Assembly (NCBI GenBank): GCA_043821365.1
Contig: JBDRCX010000003.1
Span: 20,175 to 84,174 of the forward strand
Direction: 5' to 3'
Length of the DNA: 64,000 nt
Source: Candidatus Micrarchaeota archaeon
GTDB taxonomy: Archaea; Micrarchaeota; Micrarchaeia; Anstonellales; Bilamarchaeaceae
Within the stretch, counting starts at the first letter, position 1. Each line of letters begins with the position of its first letter. Position numbers and translations under genes: made by a program. Shown here in pieces: positions 17,710 through 26,777 of this stretch. Under the pieces are notes generated by a model, which made no database searches, was not told where the DNA came from, and saw only the letters and a list, made by a program, of their open reading frames with translations.

Positions 17710-19815
17710 TTGTCGATGACCTCCCTCAAATCAGTAGCGTTCCTACTGTTATTTTCAAGTTTGTTTTTCGCTCTTAACTTGTCACCTTATTTTTTGACAA
17801 CTGAGGCGAATGTTACTGTTACTTACACTAATTTTTCTATGGATGGCAATAATTATTCCATAGTGAAATTAAATTCCATCAAGACATTTCTTCTGAAAAA
17901 CGATACAATCATCACAGATCAAACTGAGTTTGATTCCACACTTTATTCTTACTACATGCAACTTTATTATCCTACAGAAGCTGAAATCGATGAACTTATG
18001 GATGCAATAACAACATTCAATGATAGTAGAAATGATGGATATGATTTCAAGAATAAAGAGGAATATGTCTGTCGTGATGATGTTTTGCTTTCAAATGGAA
18101 AAATCTCTGTTTTTAATGAGCCAGTCATATGCAAGGATACTGAATCTTGCACCAACAATGCAATGTTATTATTTAGTGTATACGGGCAGGGCCTTGGACT
18201 TGGATCGATATCTGTTATTATTGATCCTCTTATGAACTTTACTCCATCAAGCCTCAAAATGGATTCGCTTCTTGAAAACTATACTGCTAAGCTTGATGAT
18301 CTAGATGAAGATAATCTTATTTCAACACTTGATTACATAGCAACAACATCACCAGAAATAGAAACATTATCTGAAATGATTGAATATACTATATTCCGTA
18401 CTCCAAAATTGAATAGCAGCACTGACAGGAAAGCATGCGAATACAAGTGCTGGGCAATTTGTCCCTCATTTGATCTTGACCAGGATGCAGCAGAGGACAT
18501 AGCATCACTATCAGATGCATTGGCAGATAAAGTGGCTCCTTTGGATGATTTTGATTCTAATGCTGCTGCAATGTACAATCTCACTATGACGAGGGTGAAT
18601 TATGCACTCAACACTGCAATTGCTGAAAATTATACTAATCAATTCAAACCACTAAATAGTTCTGGGAATAAAACAATGGCAGCTGCAAAAGACATTTTGA
18701 AACATGTTCTAAATTCTACACTTACATTAAAACTCAACCAATTACAAGCACTACACACTTCGATTCCCAATTCAATATCTCAAAGAAACTTCTCCAATCT
18801 TAGTAGTGATTTCTTCAACTACCAAAAACTTGTTATTGAAGTTTCAAATCTTACAAATATTTCTGTTGATCAGTACAACAAAACATTAACTGCCAAAAAC
18901 CAAGAAAATTCCTTGATAATGTTACTTGAAACAAAAGATCTTGATCCAATTACTGTTTCTTCACTTGAAGTTTTGAAAGCACAAACAACTGATCTTAACA
19001 CTCAATTCAGAGATGGATTAACTTTAGATGAATTGGCAGCTTTAGAAAGCAATTATACAAAAATAACTGAAAGTGCTCAGGATCTATTACGTTCTGAAGG
19101 GGAGAGTCCAACAAAGAAAGCAACATCTATGTTTAGGGGGCTTGCAAGAAGAGTCAATGTTGGGATTGCTGCTTTGGCAGACAGTACCAATTTTATGCCA
19201 CGCTCTGAGATTCCAAGTAACCAAATGGTGCTTGCTGGGTTTTCATTAGTTATTTTCCTTTCTTTTGCTTCATTAATCGTCTTAGTTTTCCTTTATTTAT
19301 TTGCACTTAATAATTTCAAAGTTCCAAAAACACCTCAGATAATGGCAGTAGCCATGTTCTCGATCTTAATCATTCTGTTTATGTTCAGTGCATTTTTGTT
19401 TATATTTTTAGATAAGACAGCAACAAGTGCAACCCTAACTGAGTTTGTGGCTGACTTTGGTCCAAAACAATCTACTGCAATACTGGTAGATCTTAGAAAT
19501 ACTACTCTATCTGATGCTCAAGCTATGCAAGATTGCGCAAACAAATTCGCTGATCTTCTTTCAGACCAAAACAAAACATGGACAATTTATTCAGTTTCAT
19601 CTACCTTCTGTACTGTTTATTATCATTCTGGGACCAATTCAAGTTCCACACCAACTGCATGCGAATCCAATGCATCTATCTCAGATTCATCATTTGTACT
19701 TGGTTATTCAGATATAATAGATACTAACTTCTCAATTATTTATGAAAATAAAGCAGAAATCTCTGCAGATGGAGATTATTATGAGTCCTGCCCGTTAGTT
19801 GCTATGTTTGGTTGA
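17710..19815 (+). CDS. large secreted or membrane-anchored glycoprotein, unknown function
   Basis: Signal sequence, dozens of N-x-S/T sequons, and two or more TM helices near residues 510-570. ATG at 17716. Confidence 0.55.
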   Translation: MSMTSLKSVAFLLLFSSLFFALNLSPYFLTTEANVTVTYTNFSMDGNNYSIVKLNSIKTFLLKNDTIITDQTEFDSTLYSYYMQLYYPTEAEIDELMDAITTFNDSRNDGYDFKNKEEYVCRDDVLLSNGKISVFNEPVICKDTESCTNNAMLLFSVYGQGLGLGSISVIIDPLMNFTPSSLKMDSLLENYTAKLDDLDEDNLISTLDYIATTSPEIETLSEMIEYTIFRTPKLNSSTDRKACEYKCWAICPSFDLDQDAAEDIASLSDALADKVAPLDDFDSNAAAMYNLTMTRVNYALNTAIAENYTNQFKPLNSSGNKTMAAAKDILKHVLNSTLTLKLNQLQALHTSIPNSISQRNFSNLSSDFFNYQKLVIEVSNLTNISVDQYNKTLTAKNQENSLIMLLETKDLDPITVSSLEVLKAQTTDLNTQFRDGLTLDELAALESNYTKITESAQDLLRSEGESPTKKATSMFRGLARRVNVGIAALADSTNFMPRSEIPSNQMVLAGFSLVIFLSFASLIVLVFLYLFALNNFKVPKTPQIMAVAMFSILIILFMFSAFLFIFLDKTATSATLTEFVADFGPKQSTAILVDLRNTTLSDAQAMQDCANKFADLLSDQNKTWTIYSVSSTFCTVYYHSGTNSSSTPTACESNASISDSSFVLGYSDIIDTNFSIIYENKAEISADGDYYESCPLVAMFG

Positions 19816-19819
19816 TTAT

Positions 19820-20383
19820 ATGAAAAAGAGTAAGAAAAATTCTACTAAAAAAGTTGTCAAAAAGGTTCTTGATAAACCTACAATGGATGTTAAGCCAGAA
19901 GTGGTTAAGTCTCAAGATAAAGGCGGTAAACTTAAGCTAGTAGCTGTGGCAATTCTGTTTTTAATCTCTGTTTATCTAGCTCTTTATTTTATCACTGGGT
20001 CACAATTCATACCTGGAACTGAAATTACACAAGATGAATTCAAGGATGTTTTTTCTTCTGCTGATACTGTGTATATTGTCATGGATGTTAGACAAATAGT
20101 AGATGCAACTACTTCTAATGGTGTTCTCCAATGTGGTGTTGATTTTGCTGCCAGTAATGGAATGGGTGGAAAAACTGTTATTCCTTTGTCTATATCTGAT
20201 GATGGCTGTATTATTCAATCTGGTGCAACTCCAACAAATGATTGCATTTCAATGCTTAAGGGTGGCTCTACTATCTATGTCAAAGGTGGAACTGAGCAAA
20301 CTAAATATTATTCAAATGGAATGGTAGTTAGTGTTAGTGGTAATTATACATTAGGTACTTGTGGAATTAAAGTATTAAACTGA
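19820..20383 (+). CDS. membrane-anchored extracellular protein, unknown function
   Basis: Lys-rich N-terminus and a single TM helix (LVAVAILFLISVYLALYFI). The track ORF starts at TTG 19799, overlapping the upstream gene. Confidence 0.5.
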   Translation: MKKSKKNSTKKVVKKVLDKPTMDVKPEVVKSQDKGGKLKLVAVAILFLISVYLALYFITGSQFIPGTEITQDEFKDVFSSADTVYIVMDVRQIVDATTSNGVLQCGVDFAASNGMGGKTVIPLSISDDGCIIQSGATPTNDCISMLKGGSTIYVKGGTEQTKYYSNGMVVSVSGNYTLGTCGIKVLN

Positions 20384-21586
20384 TTACCTACTTCGATATC
20401 TTAGAAAAGCTCCTATCCCACCAAAACCAGTTAGGAACTGTGCGCCTTCAACAGTGTTTGTTGAGATGATTTCAACTGGTATTTCCATCTGTTTTGCAAG
20501 TGCATCAAGATCATCTATTAATAGTTCTTTTGACTGAAGCTTCATTTGTCCATTACAAGTCTTGCACTTTATTGTATCTTCAGGATCTTTTGATGCTTTT
20601 TTTTCTTCTATATTACATGCCGGGCAAGTGTATATCCCAGTTAAATAAGTAAGTCCTTCTGATAGTAAAACTTTTTCTGCCTGTTTGGTCATTATGGTTT
20701 CTCGAACCTGTCGTTCACCATATGTTGCAAGCCCATCACTTACAACGTCCCTTATGAATCTATCAACTAATATCTTTTCTTTAATTGCTTCTTGCTGTGC
20801 CAGTATACCATCACTTTTTGATAATACTTCTCTGACACCATACTCATCAGTATATCCAGTGTCAACAACTCCCAATACTTTTAATTGGTAGTTAAAAGGA
20901 CTCATTTTCATGAAGAATTCTTTTGTTGGTCCGGGTCCACCCACTATAATTCCTTTTACTCGGTTGAGGAATCCTGAATCCATAGCATTTCCAACTCGCT
21001 TATAGTAAACTTCAATTTGTTCCTCTATCAATCTTTCATATCTACGAGCGCTCTGGCCTCCCTTTCTAATCTTAGCATGTGCAGTTGAATTAAGTTTTTT
21101 TATGACAGTTATATTTGTTCCTTTAACAATTGCTATGGTTGCTTCTCTTCCATCCATAACTACTATTCCATAGGAATCAGTTGATCCCATCATACTTTGA
21201 AGTGGCTCAAGGAAAAATTTACTATCACACCTATAGGCTCCAATGTTGAGTGGCTCAGGTGGCTCTATTGTGAATAATTGTATGTCATTTTTAGCTGCAT
21301 TGTCAGATACATTCCCTGCAAATACTGCAACTCCATTTTCTGGAGTTTTTTTATAAATTTTAAGATGATTTATGATTCTTTCAAGTGCTCCTAGGACATT
21401 TAGTTTGGTTGACTTTGATTTTATGTTGCTTGCCTGGCTCATTTCTTCCCTTAATTTACCGTTCATTTCATGCACTGCAGATCCTGAAGGAATGTAAACT
21501 GATATAAGTTCAGTTCCACTACCGTGAAACTGTTCCAAAACACGCAATTGTTTACGTAAACGATACATTTTTTCAGAGTCAGCCAT
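20384..21586 (-). CDS. prf1: peptide chain release factor aRF1
   Basis: NIKS motif (ASNIKSKST), GGQ motif (RKGGQSARRY) and a CxxC...CxxC mini-domain in the C-terminal domain. Confidence 0.95.
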   Translation of the reverse strand: MADSEKMYRLRKQLRVLEQFHGSGTELISVYIPSGSAVHEMNGKLREEMSQASNIKSKSTKLNVLGALERIINHLKIYKKTPENGVAVFAGNVSDNAAKNDIQLFTIEPPEPLNIGAYRCDSKFFLEPLQSMMGSTDSYGIVVMDGREATIAIVKGTNITVIKKLNSTAHAKIRKGGQSARRYERLIEEQIEVYYKRVGNAMDSGFLNRVKGIIVGGPGPTKEFFMKMSPFNYQLKVLGVVDTGYTDEYGVREVLSKSDGILAQQEAIKEKILVDRFIRDVVSDGLATYGERQVRETIMTKQAEKVLLSEGLTYLTGIYTCPACNIEEKKASKDPEDTIKCKTCNGQMKLQSKELLIDDLDALAKQMEIPVEIISTNTVEGAQFLTGFGGIGAFLRYRSR

Positions 21587-21672
21587 TTCGAAACCACATC
21601 TGTCTACATATGAGGTTTCGGCTTCCTTCCTGAGATATACTCAGAAAGATACCAATACCCCGTCAATCAATA

Positions 21673-22128
21673 CTATTGTTTTAATTTTTCTTTGAAATCA
21701 GAAAGTTTTGCTAACAAATCTTGGTCATTTAAAGCTAAAATCTGTATTGCCAAAAGTGCAGCATTCTTTCCCATTCCAATACCAACACATGCAACTGGAA
21801 CATTTGGTGGCATCTGTGCTATTGAAAAAAGGGCATCCATACCATTTAGTGCTGCATTAACAGGAACTCCAATAACTGGTTTTGTCGTCCTTGATGCTAC
21901 CATTCCAGGTAAAGCTGCACTTAGACCTGCAATTGCAATAAATACTCTCGCAGTTGATTCAGAAATCAATGCCTCTACTTTATCTGGATTACGATGTGCT
22001 GACGCTACTTCGTATCTTGCAGATACTCCAAATGCAGTAAAAACATCAAGAGCCTGTTTTGCAATTTCCTCATCACTTTTACTTCCAGATAAAATCAGTA
22101 CTTTTTCCATACAATCATTCTCCCTCAA
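21673..22128 (-). CDS. purE: PurE (AIR carboxylase / N5-CAIR mutase family)
   Basis: [23 protein letters not shown] and [13 protein letters not shown] motifs. Probable start at 22110. Confidence 0.85.
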   Translation of the reverse strand: MRENDCMEKVLILSGSKSDEEIAKQALDVFTAFGVSARYEVASAHRNPDKVEALISESTARVFIAIAGLSAALPGMVASRTTKPVIGVPVNAALNGMDALFSIAQMPPNVPVACVGIGMGKNAALLAIQILALNDQDLLAKLSDFKEKLKQ

Positions 22129-22153
22129 AATAATTAAAAAGAATAGGTAAAAG

Positions 22154-22756
22154 TTAATCTATTATGTCAACTCTGCCATCTTCAAAATAATATTTCATTG
22201 CAATAAGTTTCAACTTTCCTTCTTTCTCCAATTGTCGAACTACCTCACTTCTACCTCGAATTTCTTCAAGAACCACCTTCGTATTTATGCACACTGCTTT
22301 TTCGATATCTTTCTCACCCATATGGACAGGTAATTTTAGCTTATCAATTATTGACTGGATGTTTGGTGGACAGACTCCTCCATGACATGCAGCTGTTATT
22401 GCACCACATTTTTCGTGACCCAAAACTACTAATAGTTGAGTGTGTAAGTGATCAACTCCATATTCAATAGAACCTAATGTAATCGTGTCAACTATATTTC
22501 CTGCTGTGATTATTGTGAATACTTCCCCTATATTCAAATCAAATATATATTCAGGAACTACTCGTGAATCACTGCACGAAACTATAGTTACAAATGGTTT
22601 TTGACCATCTTTGGTTGCTTCTCTGGCTGCCTTATGATCCTTTGGAGATATGTCTCCGGATGCAAATCTTTTATTGCCCTTTATCAATTTTTCTAATGCT
22701 TCTTCTCCATCCATTAAATCACCTAAGCATCCCCAAATAAAATTAGTCTTTAACAT
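22154..22756 (-). CDS. beta-class carbonic anhydrase
   Basis: LIKGNKRF, zinc/dyad motif CSDSRVVPE and second ligand pair GHEKCGA. Confidence 0.85.
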   Translation of the reverse strand: MLKTNFIWGCLGDLMDGEEALEKLIKGNKRFASGDISPKDHKAAREATKDGQKPFVTIVSCSDSRVVPEYIFDLNIGEVFTIITAGNIVDTITLGSIEYGVDHLHTQLLVVLGHEKCGAITAACHGGVCPPNIQSIIDKLKLPVHMGEKDIEKAVCINTKVVLEEIRGRSEVVRQLEKEGKLKLIAMKYYFEDGRVDIID

Positions 22757-22905
22757 TTATATTGTTGTCTTTCTTCAACCATATTAATTAAATTTTTAAA
22801 ACCATCCGAATACATATAAAATCAGTTAAGTTTAGAAGGGGTTAGAGGTAATTTAAGCATTTTAGATGTCTTTTTAAACTCTTCTTACCATATATTATAA
22901 CATAG

Positions 22906-24096
22906 GTGAAAATTATGGCTGGTTCAATTGTAGCTAGATGTCCAGAAGCTTTAGAAAAAGTTAGAAAACACCAAAAATTGACTGTTCCTGAATCTATTAG
23001 TGTATTAGCTGAAGGTTTTATGAGATTCCAACAAAGAACAACTCCTTCTTCTATGAATGGCGTAAGTTTTTTGAGAGTTGCTGGGCAGGCGGCATGCTTG
23101 GATGAACCATTACCAAGAAGTGAAATAAAACGATTACTTGAAAAAATAAAACCAGGAGGAGTTTTCTTAATTTTTGGGCATGGCCATATTGCAAAATGTG
23201 GTGCTGTTGCTGCAAAACAAGCAGCTCTTGGTTTACCCGAAGGAGAACATCTTCATGAACCAGAGGTCGTTCTGAAACTATTAGACAGTCTCCCCAAGGA
23301 TGTTCGCGGCCTAGAGTCACCAGATGCAGAATTGGTTAATGCAAGATATCAGGCAACCAGGGTGTTTGAAGATCCTGAATTAAGAGAAATAATCGATAAA
23401 AAGAATCTAACTGTTGCTTATGCTGTTTGTTCAGATATTACTCCATTTACCTATCATCTACTTAATCGTACCTGGAACCAGGATAAGATTTTTGAAAGAC
23501 ATCCAAAACTAATTGCATTAAGATTACAAATGCCAAAAGCATTGGGTAAGGTAATCGATGCTAATAGAGAAGGGCTTGATTCTCATTATGCTCATGCTGC
23601 ATTTTTGTATGATCCACTTGACATGAGAACTGTTTTGGATCCGTTTACCTCTGCATTGGATGTTGGTGGAATTTGTTGCGTTGATGCAAGAGTAACTCCA
23701 AATGTGCCTGATAGCCCAAAATATCTTTTTAGAATACCTCCAAATCAATCATTCATGGTAACAATGGCAATAAATGGCGGTGCACAATTAAGCACTGAAA
23801 ATCTAGGTTCATTGATTTATTCTTATGGGCATGTTGCTGGTATAAATAGCCTTAATCAGCATGGTGAACCAGGTTCAGGACACACAGTTGTTTTGACATC
23901 TGGGTCAGATCTTGACCGTGCTTTAGCAGTAAGGATGGCTCTTGTTCAGCATGAAGTTGTTAACCAAGCCACATCGCATGGAGAGAATATATCTATGGCA
24001 GTTTTTGATGGAGAAAAACTACGTTTATGGAATCCAAATCATGGAATTGATATGGTAATCCCATACACTCCACAGATCAATATTCTTTCTATTTAA
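22906..24096 (+). CDS. internally duplicated, divergent beta-carbonic-anhydrase-like protein
   Basis: C-half: ICCVDARVTP / SFMVTMAINGG / LGSLIYSYGHV, but SGSD replaces HxxC. N-half: LAEGFMRFQQ, ACLDEP (degenerate CxDxR), GHGHIAKCGAVAA (HxxC intact). GTG start; ATG at 22915. Confidence 0.45.
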   Translation: MKIMAGSIVARCPEALEKVRKHQKLTVPESISVLAEGFMRFQQRTTPSSMNGVSFLRVAGQAACLDEPLPRSEIKRLLEKIKPGGVFLIFGHGHIAKCGAVAAKQAALGLPEGEHLHEPEVVLKLLDSLPKDVRGLESPDAELVNARYQATRVFEDPELREIIDKKNLTVAYAVCSDITPFTYHLLNRTWNQDKIFERHPKLIALRLQMPKALGKVIDANREGLDSHYAHAAFLYDPLDMRTVLDPFTSALDVGGICCVDARVTPNVPDSPKYLFRIPPNQSFMVTMAINGGAQLSTENLGSLIYSYGHVAGINSLNQHGEPGSGHTVVLTSGSDLDRALAVRMALVQHEVVNQATSHGENISMAVFDGEKLRLWNPNHGIDMVIPYTPQINILSI

Positions 24097-25047
24097 TTAT
24101 TCTAAAAATTCTACAGTATCTACCTGCCCATCTCCATTCTCGTCAAATCCTTCAACTACTCTAGTTTCTTGAATCTTATCTATGTTCTTGATCATTGCAA
24201 GTACTGCTGCCCTTGTTCCATGTTGGTTTAGACCTCCAATAACTAAAACTTTTCTTGAGCTGGCAAAAGGACTTTTAATAAGTTCAATCACTCCTATATT
24301 TCCGCTATAGGCTTTTCCTGCATTGGTACTATACACCTCAGCATTATCCCTGGTGAATCTAATTGGCAATTTATTATTAATCTCAGCAACTAATGTGTTT
24401 ACTTTTGGTCCACCCGCGAGTATGAGGTTTTTCTTTTTATCGAGTTCAGTGATTTGTGTGTCTAATTTGTAGATTGGAAAGATCGGTGCAGCATATCTTC
24501 CAAATAACATGGAAAGTTCTAACATACCAAATTCACTTGCTCTCGCTCTATGTTTTCCATGTGGTTCTGGTGATCCAACAACCATAAGCCCACTGAAAAC
24601 ACCTTCTTCGAAAAAGGGTTTTAGGATCGGTGGTGTATCTTTCAATGGTGGTGTAGAATCTCTCCAGCCATTATCATCTACAACCATAGCAAAACTCTGA
24701 GCTTTGGCAATGTATTTTTTTGCTATTCCGCCATTTTTCTCTTCATAATCTACAAATCCTATCATTCCAGCTTTTTCAAGTACTTTAATGTGGTAGTAAG
24801 TTATTTGAGGTTGAAGACCAATTTCACGTGCAATCTCAATTGCATATGCAGGTCTTCTACTAAGATATTTCAGGATCTTGAGACGTTCTCCTGAAATTGC
24901 TTTCAGTTGTTCTATTCTCATACAACCAATTGCTTTTCCATCATCGTTTATTAGCATCATTTCAGCATACCTCAGACCCTTACAATTTTTTTTGAATACT
25001 AATAAAAATATTTTAATAGTAGTATTAAAAAGGCTATCTATTATCAT
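24097..25047 (-). CDS. ArsR-type winged-HTH protein with a large uncharacterised C-terminal domain
   Basis: ERLKILKYLSRRPAYAIEIAREIGLQPQITYYHIKVLEKAGMIGF, then about 200 aa with no motif I recognise. Confidence 0.5.
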   Translation of the reverse strand: MIIDSLFNTTIKIFLLVFKKNCKGLRYAEMMLINDDGKAIGCMRIEQLKAISGERLKILKYLSRRPAYAIEIAREIGLQPQITYYHIKVLEKAGMIGFVDYEEKNGGIAKKYIAKAQSFAMVVDDNGWRDSTPPLKDTPPILKPFFEEGVFSGLMVVGSPEPHGKHRARASEFGMLELSMLFGRYAAPIFPIYKLDTQITELDKKKNLILAGGPKVNTLVAEINNKLPIRFTRDNAEVYSTNAGKAYSGNIGVIELIKSPFASSRKVLVIGGLNQHGTRAAVLAMIKNIDKIQETRVVEGFDENGDGQVDTVEFLE

Positions 25048-25055
25048 TCTTTTCT

Positions 25056-26777
25056 ATGTGTGGCATTATTGGCTATGTTGGTTACCAGAAAGCAGATGAA
25101 GTTCTTATTTCTGGCTTGGAACGTTTGGAATATCGTGGTTATGATTCTGCAGGTATATGTGTTTGTGATAAAAAATTACAAGTACATAAAGTTGTTGGAA
25201 GAGTTGAAAATCTAAAAACAATTGATTTCACTGGAAATATTGGTATTGCTCATACAAGATGGGCAACACATGGGAAACCAACTGTTGAAAATGCACACCC
25301 TCATATGAGTGCTAATGGCAAAATTGCAGTAGTCCATAATGGTATTGTTGAGAATTATTTATCATTAAAGGAAGAATTGAGAGGAGTGACTTTTAAGAGT
25401 GAGACAGACACAGAAATAATTGCTCATTTGATAGAAAAATTTTATTCTGGTGATCTTAAGGATGCAGTTCTAAAAGTAATTAACAAAATGCAAGGATCCT
25501 ATGCAATTTGTGTTTTAATGGAAGGTCATGATGAACTCATTTTTGCCCGAAACGGCAGTCCATTGATATTAGGGGTTGGGAGCAATGAAAATTTTGTTGC
25601 ATCAGATGTTGCTGCATTTGTCGAACACACAAAAAAAGTAATCTATCTTGATGATCTTGAAATGGGTGTTCTACACAATGATGGTTTTGAAATTTTCGAT
25701 AATACTGGTAAAAAAATATCAAAAGAAGTTTCTATTGTTGATTGGGATTTAGCACAAGCTCAAAAAAGCGGCCATCCACATTTTATGTTAAAGGAGATTC
25801 TTGAGCAACCAACTGTGGTTGAAGAAACACTAAAGGTCAATATCGATCTAGATTTTAGTGCAAAAAGAATATTTATGGTTGCATGTGGGACTGCTTCCTA
25901 TGCTGGTTTTGTGGGCAAGTATTTAATAGAAAAAATTGCCCGCATCCCGGTTGAATGGATGCCAGCATCTGAATTTCGTTATTCTGATCCCATCATTGGT
26001 AATGATGATCTTATGTTTGTAATATCACAAAGTGGGGAAACTGCCGACACTCTTGCTGCCCTAAGACTTGCAAAAGAGAAAGGTGCACGTGTTGTTAGTA
26101 TAGTCAATGTTGTTAACAGTACTATCGCGCGAGAATCTGATTCAGTTATTTATACCCGTGCTGGTCCTGAAATAGGTGTTGCAAGTACAAAAGCATATCT
26201 GGCACAATTGGTGATTCTTTATAAAATAGCTGAGAAAATGGGAGGAAAAAAACTAGGTTTGGACAAACTCCCATCAGCTATCAAAGAAATTCTTTCGAAT
26301 AGAGAGAAAATAAAAGAAATTGCAAAAAAATATTTCTTATGCCACAATCTCCTTTTCATAGGCCGCGGTATCAATTATCCAATTGCTATTGAGGGTTCAC
26401 ACAAACTAAAAGAAATCAGTTATATCCATGCAGAAGCTTATGCTGCAGGTGAATTAAAGCACGGTGCTATTGCATTGGTTACTGAGGACACACCAACTAT
26501 AGTAATTGCTACGGATAGCAAGATTAAGGAAAAACTTTTCAATAATATCCAGGAAGTAAAAGCAAGAAACGGGAAGACAATTGCAATTGCCAGCAATGGT
26601 GATGAATTAATAAAAAAATACTCTGATGATGTTTTCTATGTTCCTAAAGTTGATGAAATACTAACCCCAATTCTAACTATTATCCCACTTCAACTTTTTG
26701 CATATTATATTGCTGATATGAGGGAATGTGATATAGATAAACCAAGAAATTTAGCAAAATCAGTTACTGTGGAGTAA
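25056..26777 (+). CDS. glmS: glutamine--fructose-6-phosphate aminotransferase
   Basis: N-terminal MCGIIGY nucleophile, two SIS domains, C-terminal KPRNLAKSVTVE. Confidence 0.95.
   Translation: MCGIIGYVGYQKADEVLISGLERLEYRGYDSAGICVCDKKLQVHKVVGRVENLKTIDFTGNIGIAHTRWATHGKPTVENAHPHMSANGKIAVVHNGIVENYLSLKEELRGVTFKSETDTEIIAHLIEKFYSGDLKDAVLKVINKMQGSYAICVLMEGHDELIFARNGSPLILGVGSNENFVASDVAAFVEHTKKVIYLDDLEMGVLHNDGFEIFDNTGKKISKEVSIVDWDLAQAQKSGHPHFMLKEILEQPTVVEETLKVNIDLDFSAKRIFMVACGTASYAGFVGKYLIEKIARIPVEWMPASEFRYSDPIIGNDDLMFVISQSGETADTLAALRLAKEKGARVVSIVNVVNSTIARESDSVIYTRAGPEIGVASTKAYLAQLVILYKIAEKMGGKKLGLDKLPSAIKEILSNREKIKEIAKKYFLCHNLLFIGRGINYPIAIEGSHKLKEISYIHAEAYAAGELKHGAIALVTEDTPTIVIATDSKIKEKLFNNIQEVKARNGKTIAIASNGDELIKKYSDDVFYVPKVDEILTPILTIIPLQLFAYYIADMRECDIDKPRNLAKSVTVE

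Noticed and set aside
20384-21586. CxxC...CxxC insertion in aRF1 as a novelty
   Set aside because: A small zinc-ribbon-like mini-domain in the C-terminal domain appears to be a normal feature of eRF1/aRF1-family proteins. Nothing else in the gene is unusual.
21692-22150. 152-aa ORF antisense to purE. Similar long antisense ORFs lie at 38373..39104 (opposite acr3), 35357..35803 (opposite glnA), 51001..51393 and 51585..51923 (opposite E3/E2), and 63542..63943 (opposite the helicase).
   Set aside because: These are shadow ORFs opposite strongly motif-supported genes. They have low-complexity, motif-free translations.
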